54,458 nt of DNA from a virus (lineage: Duplodnaviria; Caudoviricetes): positions 1-54,458 of IMG/VR virus record IMGVR_UViG_3300045256_000069; one strand, written 5' to 3'. The translations under genes were made by a program, and so were the position numbers. Positions 9,765 to 19,570 of this stretch are shown in pieces. Each line of letters begins with the position of its first letter. The stretch's first letter is position 1. Below the pieces are notes generated by a model, which saw only the letters and a program-made list of their open reading frames with translations, was not told the origin of the DNA and ran no database searches.

Positions 9765-12700
9765 ATGGTCCTCGACATCAACTGGGGTTCACCCTACACG
9801 GGCGCTCCTCTCACCATCGATCCCAACTCGCAGCTCGCGCAGAACCTCAACTTCTACACGGGCACGCTCAAGGGACCTGTGGGCGGAGTCGGTAGCATTG
9901 GAAGCGATAGCCCGACGTGGGGACAGCCGATCCCGATCACATGGGGCAAGGTGAAGATCAGCGTGCCGGTGTTGCAGATGCTGCCGCTCCGTCGGCGGTA
10001 CGAGCTTCTGCGCAGCTACGCTTACGGGATCGACTCGCACAGCAGCGTGAGCGGTACAGACTACGCCACGTACTTCACCGCCGACTTCGTGCTCAGCCTC
10101 GGTTACAGTGGCGACACGACACGGCGCAAGATCATCAACAGGCTGTGGCTTGATGGCACGCTTGTGTATCAGGCAAACTCCGCATCCGCCAATCGCCAGC
10201 GGTTCGTGTTCTTCCCCGAGAGCGAGACAGCACCGATTGCCGATCAGCTGGCCGCTGGCACAGTCGACCCTGTGGCATATCGCGGGCTGAACTGGCTGCT
10301 CATGCTCGACACGCCCATCAATTCGCCTGGCTATCTTCGCAAGACGATGCCGAAGGTGGACATTGAGCTGTTCGACTATGCCATCACTTCCACGCCGGCT
10401 ACGAACTTCACGCCGCTCACTGCCGGCTCGCCTGGGCCTGGCGTCAGCAACAGCTCGACGTTCTACGACTGGGACGACGGCTATCTCTTCACTGTGGACA
10501 CCAACGATGTGATCCACAAGTGGAACGTCATCACAGGCGGCGAGATCGATAACTACCCGATCACGAACAAGACCACGCCTTGGTCGAACGTCGGTGCATC
10601 GACTGCCTGCACCTCGTTTGTCAAGATCAACGGCAAGCGGTTCATCACCGCCGAGATGGACAACGGCTCGAACCGCGACTACTTTGTCGTGATCGATCTA
10701 GACACAGGCGCAGTGACCGACTACTTCGGGTTGAGCACGACCGGCGGCGTGTTCTTCACCAACAACTACGGCGCTGACGAGATTGCCAACCAGTTCACTC
10801 ACATGCCGATGGTCACAGGTATCGTCGGCAGCCAGCAGGCGTTCGTGCTCATGGGCACGCTTGGCGGCGGTGAGTACCTGTGGCAGATCAATGACGCCGG
10901 TCAACTCATCTACCGCGGTCATGACAACGCCTATCCTCGTCCGAAGACAGCCTCACAGGAAGGCGTGCTCGATCACGACACGGGCGACTGCTATTTCATC
11001 GTGTCGCGCGAACCGAGCAGTGGTGGCGCTGAGTCGACTGACTTGCTGGTTGTGACGCGAGGCGGCAACGTCCGCTACATCACCGCACCATTTGCCGCGT
11101 CGGGCCTTACGCTCATTGCTGCGTTCCCCACGGCCGATGACTGCTTTGTGCTGTTCGAGACCAATGGCACGACGGTTCAGATCAGGAAGGTTGACCCGAT
11201 CAACCTGACTGTGGTCAAGACGTTGAGCGGTGGCAGCTGTCCTCCCTTCCCGTCCGGCGCGACGATCTCCCCGACGTGGCAGCAGTCGAACACGCAGGGC
11301 TTGTTCATCGGTTGGATGGTCATTACCGGCAACACGTTCTACAAGCTTGACATGCTGGCGATGACCTACACTTCCTGGACGCTGTCGCCGACGCCGACGG
11401 TCACGGGCGTGCCGGTGTACGACTCGATTGACAACAAGTTCTACGACGCGTCCGGCACTGCCGTCAAGGAGATCACAGTCGGTCCGCAGGACACTGACCG
11501 CGTAGCGCTCGAGGACATCCTCCTCGGCCTGTGCGTTCGCGCCGGCTACGATCCCGCAGACGTCATCATCGAGAACATCGATGACCTCGTGACCGGCGCA
11601 ATCATCTCGGCTGCCTTCAACCTGCGAGACGTGCTCAACAACCTGAAGGAGGTATACCGCTTCCGCATCGTTGAGCGTGGCGGCAAACTCGTGCTAACGC
11701 GTCGTGCTCGCGGGGCATCGTTCACCAATCCCGACTGGGTTGTGCAGGAGGAAGACCGCTGCGTACTCGATGAAGAGGAAGGCGTCTACCTCACGATCCG
11801 CACACGTCGCACGACCGACACCAACGTTCCGTCGAAGGTCTCGCTGACCTACATTGGCGAGGATTACAACTATCTGCCGTTCACCTACACGTACCAGCGC
11901 CCGGATGGCACGACCGTGTCCGAGAAGACAGCGGACTACACCGTGCCAATCGTCATGACGCAGGCCGAGGCTGCGGCGCTGGCAGCTCGTATCACCTACG
12001 ATACCGCAGCAGCTCGCATGGAGCACGAGTTCCGTTTGCCGCAGGCGTTTCTCGCGATGGAGCCCGGCGACACGATCAATCTGTACCGCGATGGCTTTAT
12101 CGATCTGGTGCAGGTTGACGAGCTGACAGTCAACGGCGACTTCACTATCGATGTCAAGGCCACATCGATCACGTCGACTCCGGCACCGACGTACCTCGAC
12201 GCCGACATTACCTCGCCTGAGATCGACCAGCCTGTGCTATATGGCGATGGCCGCTCGGCACTGCTTGTGCTCGACACCACGCCGTTCGTGCAGGGGCAGG
12301 CATTCGCCGATGATCGCAATCCGATCTACTATGCTGTCTACGGCGATGGCCGAGGCGAATGGCCGGGCGCTGGCGTCTACTCATCGAAGGACGCGGGCGA
12401 AAGCTACGACCTCATTGGCCAGCTGAAGACCGAAGCGATCATCGGTCGCTGCCTGACGACGCTGACCGACACGAACTCGCTCGGCATCGACCGCACGACT
12501 GCTGGTGACATCAACGTCCGCTTCACATCGGGCGACAAGACCCGCGTTGCGACCGTGACGACGACCGAGATGCTCAACGGCAAGAACCGCATCCTCATCG
12601 GCGACGTTGGCAGGTGGGAACTGATCGGGTTCGAGACGGTCACACAGAACGCTGACGGCTCGACCACGTTGAGTGGCACAGTACGCGGGATGCGCGGCAC

Positions 12701-13229
12701 CGACGTCTTCATGGGAACGCACACGAGCACCGACCGAGTAGTCTACCTCGACGATGCCGCCGACCAGCCGTTCTACGCACTGCTGAGCACTAGCCAGGAT
12801 GGCAACATCCAGAAGGTCAAGGCAGGTGGCGATGCGTCCGTTCTGCGCATGACTCCTCCCGTGAGCTACACAGTCAACAAGAACGGTCGCAAGCCTTTCG
12901 CCGTCATGAACCCGCGCGCAGTGCTTGCCGGCGGCAATGACATCACGCTCACGTGGTCGAGGCGCAACCGTAGCCAGCAGACGATGATCGACGGCACGGC
13001 GTTGACCGACCTCGATGAGACTGCTGAAACTTACGATGTGGAAATCTATAGCGGCTCGACTCTCAAGCGTACCGTAACGGTGACGAGCCCCACCTACACC
13101 TACACATCAGCGAACCAGACCACCGACGGATTTACTCCGCCGTTGGTTTCGCTTAAGGTAATCATCTACCAGGTCTCATCTGTCGCTGGCCGTGGCTTTG
13201 GAAGGAGCGTGACTCTCGATGTCGAATAA
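9765..13229 (+). CDS. Central tail/host-specificity protein (GTA megatron-like, Phage-tail_3)
   Basis: 1154 aa; G.PIP..WG, AYRGL, LAMEPGD, E.I.F......LS...RG.RGT and W.RR.R motifs; probable beta-propeller insert. Confidence 0.8.
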   Translation: MVLDINWGSPYTGAPLTIDPNSQLAQNLNFYTGTLKGPVGGVGSIGSDSPTWGQPIPITWGKVKISVPVLQMLPLRRRYELLRSYAYGIDSHSSVSGTDYATYFTADFVLSLGYSGDTTRRKIINRLWLDGTLVYQANSASANRQRFVFFPESETAPIADQLAAGTVDPVAYRGLNWLLMLDTPINSPGYLRKTMPKVDIELFDYAITSTPATNFTPLTAGSPGPGVSNSSTFYDWDDGYLFTVDTNDVIHKWNVITGGEIDNYPITNKTTPWSNVGASTACTSFVKINGKRFITAEMDNGSNRDYFVVIDLDTGAVTDYFGLSTTGGVFFTNNYGADEIANQFTHMPMVTGIVGSQQAFVLMGTLGGGEYLWQINDAGQLIYRGHDNAYPRPKTASQEGVLDHDTGDCYFIVSREPSSGGAESTDLLVVTRGGNVRYITAPFAASGLTLIAAFPTADDCFVLFETNGTTVQIRKVDPINLTVVKTLSGGSCPPFPSGATISPTWQQSNTQGLFIGWMVITGNTFYKLDMLAMTYTSWTLSPTPTVTGVPVYDSIDNKFYDASGTAVKEITVGPQDTDRVALEDILLGLCVRAGYDPADVIIENIDDLVTGAIISAAFNLRDVLNNLKEVYRFRIVERGGKLVLTRRARGASFTNPDWVVQEEDRCVLDEEEGVYLTIRTRRTTDTNVPSKVSLTYIGEDYNYLPFTYTYQRPDGTTVSEKTADYTVPIVMTQAEAAALAARITYDTAAARMEHEFRLPQAFLAMEPGDTINLYRDGFIDLVQVDELTVNGDFTIDVKATSITSTPAPTYLDADITSPEIDQPVLYGDGRSALLVLDTTPFVQGQAFADDRNPIYYAVYGDGRGEWPGAGVYSSKDAGESYDLIGQLKTEAIIGRCLTTLTDTNSLGIDRTTAGDINVRFTSGDKTRVATVTTTEMLNGKNRILIGDVGRWELIGFETVTQNADGSTTLSGTVRGMRGTDVFMGTHTSTDRVVYLDDAADQPFYALLSTSQDGNIQKVKAGGDASVLRMTPPVSYTVNKNGRKPFAVMNPRAVLAGGNDITLTWSRRNRSQQTMIDGTALTDLDETAETYDVEIYSGSTLKRTVTVTSPTYTYTSANQTTDGFTPPLVSLKVIIYQVSSVAGRGFGRSVTLDVE

Positions 13230-13965
13230 TCTTGACCTCGACCAGCTTACGACTGGTCAGACCGACAAGGAAACCACGGTCAACACGGCGACGGGGCAGA
13301 TCGATGCCGCGCTCACCGAGGGACTGACCTGCAACCTCACGTCCGGCGACGTGACGCTGACCGCGACACAGTTCCGGCGCAACCAGATTTTCCAGGCGTC
13401 GAACGTCGCCACGTCTGGTCGCAAGATCAACCTGCCGAGCACGAGCATCAAGCGGTCGTTTCTCGTGTTCAATCCCGCGAGCTCGACCAACTCGATTGCT
13501 GTGGTCAAGGGATCGACCAGTCTCAACGTCGGCGTCGGTGAGATCGGTATCTTCTATGCCGACGGCACGACCAACGGCTTGCTCGGTGGATCGCTCGTCG
13601 CGGTCACAGGGACTGTGGCCGATGCGTACTCCGTCGGCACCTCATGCGTTGGCAAGCCGGCCACGTCCGAGAAGCTGATCGTGTTCGCGTTCCCGTACTC
13701 GGCTACGCTCGCCGCGTCGGCGTCGGGATCGCAGTGTGTGGCACAGACTGCCGCCACGGCTCAGACCGACTTCACGCTCAAGAAAAACGGCTCGAGCATC
13801 GGCACGATCCGGTTCGCTGCAGCAGGAACTGTGGCAAGCTATGTTTCTATATCGTCTACCACGTTCGCTGCGGGCGACGTGTTGACAATCGAGGCTCCTG
13901 GCACGCAGGATGCAACGCTTGCCGACATCGGCTTCTCCCTTAAGCTAACCAGGACGAGTAACTAA
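13219..13965 (+). CDS. Tail fibre/tip protein (DUF2793-like N-terminus)
   Basis: L.Q...GQ..KE.TVN.A...ID N-terminus; Ser/Thr-rich beta domains. Confidence 0.6.
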   Translation: MSNNLDLDQLTTGQTDKETTVNTATGQIDAALTEGLTCNLTSGDVTLTATQFRRNQIFQASNVATSGRKINLPSTSIKRSFLVFNPASSTNSIAVVKGSTSLNVGVGEIGIFYADGTTNGLLGGSLVAVTGTVADAYSVGTSCVGKPATSEKLIVFAFPYSATLAASASGSQCVAQTAATAQTDFTLKKNGSSIGTIRFAAAGTVASYVSISSTTFAAGDVLTIEAPGTQDATLADIGFSLKLTRTSN

Positions 13966-13966
13966 C

Positions 13967-14182
13967 ATGGTCAAGCGCGTCACCAAGTGGTCCCCGGACA
14001 CCTGCGGCTGCATCATCCACTTCGGTTGGGATGACGACACGACGGAAACGGATCGTGTCCACACCTACGAAGCCTACGAGGCGAAGTGCAAAGAGCACGA
14101 GCATCTCGACGGCCAAGAGCTGATGGATGCTGTGGTGGCAAAGAACCGGGCCAAGAACCTAGCGGAGCAGCAGGATGGGTAG
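13967..14182 (+). CDS. Hypothetical protein (W.PDTCGC motif)
   Basis: 71 aa; tightly coupled to both neighbours. Confidence 0.6.
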   Translation: MVKRVTKWSPDTCGCIIHFGWDDDTTETDRVHTYEAYEAKCKEHEHLDGQELMDAVVAKNRAKNLAEQQDG

Positions 14183-15413
14183 TGCACTCGTAGGCGTCTC
14201 GACAGTCAGTACGTCGGGCGCCACCTCGGATATCTACTTCGGCTTCTCCGGCAGCCAATCCAACGGTGTTGATCGGTTGAGGCGTCAGTGGAAAGCTGGC
14301 GCCTCTTTCACTGTGCGCAACGCCCGCGTCTATGTGTCGGCGAACACCCGTAGCGCCACATCGAACATCCGCCTGCAGAAGAACGGCAGCAACGCCAATC
14401 TCAATGTCGCGATCACCGCGGGAAACACCGGGTGGTTCGAGGACATCTCAAACACCGACAGTATTGCGGACAACGATCTGCTCAACTGGGCGCTCGTCGC
14501 AGGCACCGGCACGGGCAGCGTTACGTTCGAGACTATCCACGCGACAATCGACACGACTAGCGGCAACTATCCGCTAACTGCCTACGGCTGGGCAGCTACG
14601 ACGCCTCCGGGCCCGTCAGCCGGCAACACCTACTACTTCACGCTCAACGGCGCCCAGGCGGCATCGATGCTGACTGCCGAGGCAAACGCTAAGTGCAAGA
14701 TGCGCTGCACGGGAACGTGGGGCAACATCCAAATCCTTGCACGCTCCAACAGCGTCAGCGTGTCGTCCACGTACCGCTCGCGCAAGAACGGTGCCAACGG
14801 CAACCAGTCAGTCTCGATCCCGGCGACAACTAGCGGCTTGTTCGAAGACGGTACGAACACGGACACGATTGCCGACGGGGATGAAATCAACACGCAGCTC
14901 GTGATCCCGGCAGGTTCCGGATCATTCACAGCTGACTGCGGTGGCTCGATGTTCACCGCGACCGAGAACGCGACGGACCTGTGGACGTGCAACACCAACT
15001 CGAACACCCGCACCAGCTCGACAGCCACCGAGTTCATTGGGCTCGTTGGATCGGGCAATCGTCTGGCGACCGAGGCCAACGCGAACGTCAAGTGGAAGTT
15101 TGCCGCCACATTGTCGAAGCTGCGCGTTCTCGTCACCAGCGCGTCGGGCAACGTCACCGACTTCACTCTACGCAAGAACGGCGCGGACACGTCGCTCAAG
15201 ATCAGCACGATTGTCTCGACCACAGGTTGGTATGAGGACGCGACCAACTCCGTGTCCTTCGCGGTCGATGACCTCGCGTGCATCAAGGTTTCCGCTGCGT
15301 CGTCGGCCACCGTTGTGTGGTACAACGCCGCAGTCAAGTGTGTCATCACCGATGGCGTCGCGGGTGGTGGCGGAGGCGGTGGTCGTCGGCGTCCTCTTAT
15401 CGTCACGAACTAG
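14175..15413 (+). CDS. Putative receptor-binding/structural protein with three internal repeats
   Basis: Three ~130-aa units containing KNG.......I....TG..ED..N...A..D; C-terminal GGGGGG-RRRPLIVTN. Confidence 0.65.
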   Translation: MGSALVGVSTVSTSGATSDIYFGFSGSQSNGVDRLRRQWKAGASFTVRNARVYVSANTRSATSNIRLQKNGSNANLNVAITAGNTGWFEDISNTDSIADNDLLNWALVAGTGTGSVTFETIHATIDTTSGNYPLTAYGWAATTPPGPSAGNTYYFTLNGAQAASMLTAEANAKCKMRCTGTWGNIQILARSNSVSVSSTYRSRKNGANGNQSVSIPATTSGLFEDGTNTDTIADGDEINTQLVIPAGSGSFTADCGGSMFTATENATDLWTCNTNSNTRTSSTATEFIGLVGSGNRLATEANANVKWKFAATLSKLRVLVTSASGNVTDFTLRKNGADTSLKISTIVSTTGWYEDATNSVSFAVDDLACIKVSAASSATVVWYNAAVKCVITDGVAGGGGGGGRRRPLIVTN

Positions 15414-15422
15414 GGGCACATC

Positions 15423-16142
15423 ATGCGCACTCTCAACAGCTACGTGGTGGACAAGCTCATCCAGTGGGAGGGCGAAGTCCTCTACGCCTACGATGACTTC
15501 GATCCCAAGAAGCGCTTCATTCAGATGGGCATGCCCGTTCGAGGCACGCTGACAATCGGCGTCGGACACACAGGGAAGGACGTAAGGCCCGGGATGCGCA
15601 TAACGCGTGAGCAATCACGCACGCTGCTCATGAGCGACCTGCAGCGCTTCATTTCGCGCGTCGAGAAGACGATCAAAGTCCCGCTCAACGACTATCAGTT
15701 CGGTGCGCTCGTGTCGTTCTGCTTCAACGTCGGCGAAGGTGCATTCGCCAGCAGCAGCCTTGTCAAGAAGCTCAACGCCGGCAATTACAAGGCCGTGCCC
15801 AGCGAGCTGCTCAAGTGGACAAAGTCAAAGGGCAAGGAGATGGAGGGGTTGGTCAATCGACGCAACGCCGAGATCGGTCTGTGGAACAAGGACTCCTTCG
15901 TGGCCAGCGCCAGCGGCGATGTCGATACCCCGAAAGCATCGGCCAGCGCCAAGATCGGCGGTGCGGGATCGGCAGCTGTAGTCGTAGGTGCAGGCGGCGT
16001 CGGTGCAGTCACCGAGATGGCGAACCAGCTCAAGCCCTACGCAGATGTTGAGTTCGTCAAGTACATCCTCATTGGCTTGTCCCTCGTCGGCGTGGCGTTC
16101 ACCGCCTACGCAGCGTGGAAGCGGTACAAGGACTCGATCTGA
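15423..16142 (+). CDS. Endolysin (GH24 lysozyme) with C-terminal hydrophobic segments
   Basis: EG...AY.D, TIG.GHT, QF.ALVSF.FNVG and GLV.RR.AE motifs. Confidence 0.9.
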   Translation: MRTLNSYVVDKLIQWEGEVLYAYDDFDPKKRFIQMGMPVRGTLTIGVGHTGKDVRPGMRITREQSRTLLMSDLQRFISRVEKTIKVPLNDYQFGALVSFCFNVGEGAFASSSLVKKLNAGNYKAVPSELLKWTKSKGKEMEGLVNRRNAEIGLWNKDSFVASASGDVDTPKASASAKIGGAGSAAVVVGAGGVGAVTEMANQLKPYADVEFVKYILIGLSLVGVAFTAYAAWKRYKDSI

Positions 16143-16390
16143 TGCTGTGGCTCATCCGATTTGCCACGTCACCGCTTGGGCGTTATATTGTCGCGCTCGT
16201 TGCGTTGCTCGTGATCATCGCCGGCATATACGTCAAGGGTCGGGGTGACGGCAAGGACAGTGCTCTCACAGGGGTGCAGAAACAAAATGACAAGGCCATC
16301 AAGGAAGCTGACAAAGCTGCTCGCACTGTCGATGACTGTTATCAGTCTGGCGGCGTGTGGGACCGTGCCACCGGCAACTGTCGAAGGTAG
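16142..16390 (+). CDS. Inner-membrane spanin (Rz-like)
   Basis: N-terminal TM helix, coiled segment and two Cys; follows the endolysin. Confidence 0.7.
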   Translation: MLWLIRFATSPLGRYIVALVALLVIIAGIYVKGRGDGKDSALTGVQKQNDKAIKEADKAARTVDDCYQSGGVWDRATGNCRR

Positions 16391-16505
16391 TTGCCGTGTG
16401 TTCCCTGACAGCCTCAAGGATGTCGAAGCCACTACGCGAGACGGCAACCGTCGCCTCGCCAACCACTTCGAGCGCGGGGTGTCCGCCGGCTGTTGGTCGC
16501 GATGA
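16287..16505 (+). CDS. Outer-membrane spanin lipoprotein (Rz1-like)
   Basis: Lipobox LAAC; overlaps the Rz-like gene in another frame. Confidence 0.7.
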   Translation: MTRPSRKLTKLLALSMTVISLAACGTVPPATVEGSCRVFPDSLKDVEATTRDGNRRLANHFERGVSAGCWSR

Positions 16506-16735
16506 ACGACGAGCCGACCAAGAAGTATGCAGACGTGCCGACACACGTCAGGGCTTTCCTCGAGGACTTGACTGAAGAGGAAGTGGATCAGCTTCAGTCA
16601 AGTATTCGATGGATGCGGAACACCCTCATAGTCCTGGGGTTTGTCAAATGGCTAATTGGAGCTGGAATAATCGCCTTCACCACGATGGCAACAGTAGGCG
16701 AGTCTATCATCAAGATTGGAAAGTCGTGGAAATGA
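16502..16735 (+). CDS. Small membrane protein, holin candidate
   Basis: 77 aa; one long hydrophobic segment and a basic C-terminus; in the lysis cassette. Confidence 0.5.
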   Translation: MNDEPTKKYADVPTHVRAFLEDLTEEEVDQLQSSIRWMRNTLIVLGFVKWLIGAGIIAFTTMATVGESIIKIGKSWK

Positions 16736-17262
16736 AGTACTGGGCAATGCGCTTCTTGTCCATCACGGCTCTTGCGCTCGTGATGTTCTGGGCCGGTATA
16801 GCCGGCTGGATGACGAGTGATCGCACTATCCCTGTGCGCGTCGACTACACAACGGTCTTGACGCCCCGTACCGAACGAGGCGGCGTGCTCAAGATCGAGT
16901 ATCAGGTGTACCGAGATCAGCAGTGCCGCACGTTGATCGAGCGAACGATCTTCGACTCGAAGGGCACTCGCCTGTATCTGCCCGACATTGACTACGAGAC
17001 TGTGGGCCCACTGGGTCGTGACACGTTCACGTCGGCAACTGTAGTGCCCTTGATCGCTGAGCCTGGATGGGCGAAGTATCGCGTGACGCTCAGCTATTCT
17101 TGCAACGTGATCCAGAGGCTGTTCTGGCCGATTGTCGATCAGCGTCCCGACATGCCGTTCTATATATCTGCTGAAATGAAAGAGTCGAGCCTCCACGATG
17201 GTGAGGGCCCGACTCGAGTAGAACGTGTGGCTTGGTCAGGCAGCGCCCGTCGAGCGCGTTGA
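16732..17262 (+). CDS. Membrane-anchored periplasmic protein (possible antiholin-like)
   Basis: ATGA-coupled start MKYWAMRF; N-terminal TM; two Cys; beta-rich. Confidence 0.55.
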   Translation: MKYWAMRFLSITALALVMFWAGIAGWMTSDRTIPVRVDYTTVLTPRTERGGVLKIEYQVYRDQQCRTLIERTIFDSKGTRLYLPDIDYETVGPLGRDTFTSATVVPLIAEPGWAKYRVTLSYSCNVIQRLFWPIVDQRPDMPFYISAEMKESSLHDGEGPTRVERVAWSGSARRAR

Positions 17263-17499
17263 CGGGGTTAGTGCATCGGCGACAGCACGACTACCGAGCT
17301 CGGAAGGCGAAGGTGCGCGCAGCGAAGCGAATGTCTTGGGCTGCGCCTTGTCGACCACCATGCCCTTGATGATGTCCTCGAGCTGATCGAGGTTGTCCTC
17401 GTCCTTCACCGACCACTTGTCGTTGCCGACGAGATCGTGCTGCGCGCGGATGTATGCACCCCGCAGCTCAGCGTGATGTTCCCTGGCGGTCTTTGCCAT
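17236..17499 (-). CDS. Hypothetical protein
   Basis: 87 aa; RBS AAGGAG. Confidence 0.6.
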   Translation of the reverse strand: MAKTAREHHAELRGAYIRAQHDLVGNDKWSVKDEDNLDQLEDIIKGMVVDKAQPKTFASLRAPSPSELGSRAVADALTPSTRSTGAA

Positions 17500-17764
17500 G
17501 CTCGTTACTCCTTACGTGAACCTGGGCGTCAACGCACGCCCCGCGATCCGTGCCAGACAGGACACGGAAACCTTCGCAGACAGCGCCACGACGGCCGACC
17601 TGGTAGGTCTGCATCACGTCGTCCATGCTGTCGTGCAACTCGATGATCTTGGCGGTGCCCGTCGTGTAGCGCTCGACCACGAACCGGCCTGTGGGAGCAT
17701 TGGACACTTGGGCGAGGGCGGGGCTCGACACGATGACGAGCAGTGCGGCGAGAGCGGTCTTCAT
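17468..17764 (-). CDS. Hypothetical secreted protein
   Basis: RBS GGAGGT; signal peptide MKTALAALLVIVSSPALA. Confidence 0.6.
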   Translation of the reverse strand: MKTALAALLVIVSSPALAQVSNAPTGRFVVERYTTGTAKIIELHDSMDDVMQTYQVGRRGAVCEGFRVLSGTDRGACVDAQVHVRSNEHGKDRQGTSR

Positions 17765-17798
17765 GTTCACCTCCATGGCAACATTGTTAAACAGGTGG

Positions 17799-17840
17799 GA
17801 AAGAAAAGGGGCCCAGCGCACAGGAAACACTGGACCCCTT
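17799..17840 (-). terminator. Rho-independent terminator of the replication operon
   Basis: AAGGGGCCCAG/CTGGACCCCTT stem, followed on the minus strand by TTTTCTTT. Confidence 0.65.
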
Positions 17841-17866
17841 GCCGCCATCAGCTGGGACGCTGTTGG

Positions 17867-18214
17867 TCAGGCGGCCTTCTTGGCCTTCGCCGGCGCCGCG
17901 GACTTCTCCTTCTCGGCCGCCTTCTTGACCTTCTCGTCGCCGCGCAGCTTGTTGGCCACCTCGTCGAGCTCGGCGATGGTGTTCCAGCCGTAGCTGCGGC
18001 CGGCCTTCTTGATGTTCTTGTTCCGGAGGCCGACGCGGACGGACGCCTCCTTGATGCCGAGCTTCTTGGCGAGGTCGCTCACGCCGTACTTGAACTCGGG
18101 TTCGGCAGCCTTCGGCGCCTTCGTCTCCTTGGCCGGCGCGGCCTTGGCAGTCGCCTTCGTGTCCTTCGCATCGGCCTTCGACGGCTTCGCGGTCTTCTTC
18201 TCTTCCTTGGCCAT
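17867..18214 (-). CDS. Probable internally initiated histone-like HTH DNA-binding protein
   Basis: Internal ATG with RBS GAAAGGA; abrupt switch to high-expression codons; K/A/P-rich arms flank YGVSDLAKKLGIKEASVRVGLR. Confidence 0.65.
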   Translation of the reverse strand: MAKEEKKTAKPSKADAKDTKATAKAAPAKETKAPKAAEPEFKYGVSDLAKKLGIKEASVRVGLRNKNIKKAGRSYGWNTIAELDEVANKLRGDEKVKKAAEKEKSAAPAKAKKAA

Positions 18215-19570
18215 GACAGTTCCTTTCGCGTGTTGTGCCTTCAACCGTTTGAAGACAAGATCATTTATCCGACTTTTGGACTGTAACGCCTGCAGCTGAT
18301 CTTCGTCAATAGTATTCTGTGCCATCAAGAAATAGAAGTCTACATATTTTTCTTGACCGTATCGCTCGAGCCGCGATTGGGCCTGCTCGAAGTCGATGTA
18401 GCTGTAGGTGCATGAATAGAATACCGCGTTGCACGCTTCGAACAAATCGACGCCAACTCCTCCTGTGCGCACCTGACACACGAGCGCATCAATGTCGCCA
18501 CGTTGAAATGCCGTGAGGATGTCCGAGCGTTCCTGTTTCTTGGCTGTGTCCCTGATCTTACCGTAGACTGACTTGACCGCGAGGTAGTGGCCACGAAGCA
18601 GAGCCTCGAGCATATGCACCTCATGAACGTACCGGCAGAACACGACGACCGGCGGCTTGAGCTGTGGCAACAATCGCTTGAGCGCGCGTTCCTTCGCTTT
18701 GCCCACTTTATGGATTTCCCCATCGTCATCGATCAAGAAGCCACCGGTGATCTGCGACAACTTACCCATGAGCGTCACCTTGAGTGGCGTTGTCACGGTG
18801 CCGGTCTCGCCAACCTCGATGGTCAGGTCTCGCTCGAGCTCATCGTAGGTCTGGGCTTGATTGCCCCACAGTGTGATGGGAACGATGTGCATCTTGCTTC
18901 CCTTCAGGTTGAGCACGCTGCGGTCTACACGCAGACACACGGGAGCAGCGCGCTTGAGGAAACGTTCCTGCATACCCGCTTTGAACTTGAACTTGTAGCC
19001 ACCGAAACCCGCCGGCCTCAGGTATCGATTGAAGAACGACTGCCAGTTGTCACCGAAGATGCTCGGTTCTGCGAAGCGCAGCTGAGCCCACAGGTCGACC
19101 GGAGATTTGTCAATCGGTGTACCACTCAGCACGCAACGCCTGGCCGCCCTGCGAAAGCGCCTAGCGTTTCTAGATGACAGCGATCCTCGCTGCTTCAGGC
19201 GTTGCGACTCATCGAACGCGACGAATGACCACGGCCACTTCTCGATGCGCTTCGCTAGCTTGGCTGTGAGTTGCTCGTAGTGCAGCAGCATGATGCGCGG
19301 ATGCGGCAGCTTCTTGAATGCCACGGGATCGCTCGTCACGTTGACGTGCGGCAGCAGCTCTTCGATCTTCGCAAGCCACGTGGTCAGCTTATTGGTCTTA
19401 AGGACGACGAGCAGCGCTTGGTAACCGGGCTGACGGCTTTCGCGGTCGATCACGCCCAGCGTCACGTAAGTCTTGCCTGTCCCCTGGTCGAAGAATAGAC
19501 ACGATCCCTCGTGTGTCAGAACGAACTCGGCCGCGGCTTTCTGGTAGTCGAAGAGCTTCTTCCACAGCAT
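17867..19570 (-). CDS. SNF2-family helicase with in-frame C-terminal Lys/Ala-rich HTH module
   Basis: YQ, GTGKT, DESQ, LSGTP and QVRTGGVGVDL motifs. Confidence 0.9.
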   Translation of the reverse strand: MLWKKLFDYQKAAAEFVLTHEGSCLFFDQGTGKTYVTLGVIDRESRQPGYQALLVVLKTNKLTTWLAKIEELLPHVNVTSDPVAFKKLPHPRIMLLHYEQLTAKLAKRIEKWPWSFVAFDESQRLKQRGSLSSRNARRFRRAARRCVLSGTPIDKSPVDLWAQLRFAEPSIFGDNWQSFFNRYLRPAGFGGYKFKFKAGMQERFLKRAAPVCLRVDRSVLNLKGSKMHIVPITLWGNQAQTYDELERDLTIEVGETGTVTTPLKVTLMGKLSQITGGFLIDDDGEIHKVGKAKERALKRLLPQLKPPVVVFCRYVHEVHMLEALLRGHYLAVKSVYGKIRDTAKKQERSDILTAFQRGDIDALVCQVRTGGVGVDLFEACNAVFYSCTYSYIDFEQAQSRLERYGQEKYVDFYFLMAQNTIDEDQLQALQSKSRINDLVFKRLKAQHAKGTVMAKEEKKTAKPSKADAKDTKATAKAAPAKETKAPKAAEPEFKYGVSDLAKKLGIKEASVRVGLRNKNIKKAGRSYGWNTIAELDEVANKLRGDEKVKKAAEKEKSAAPAKAKKAA

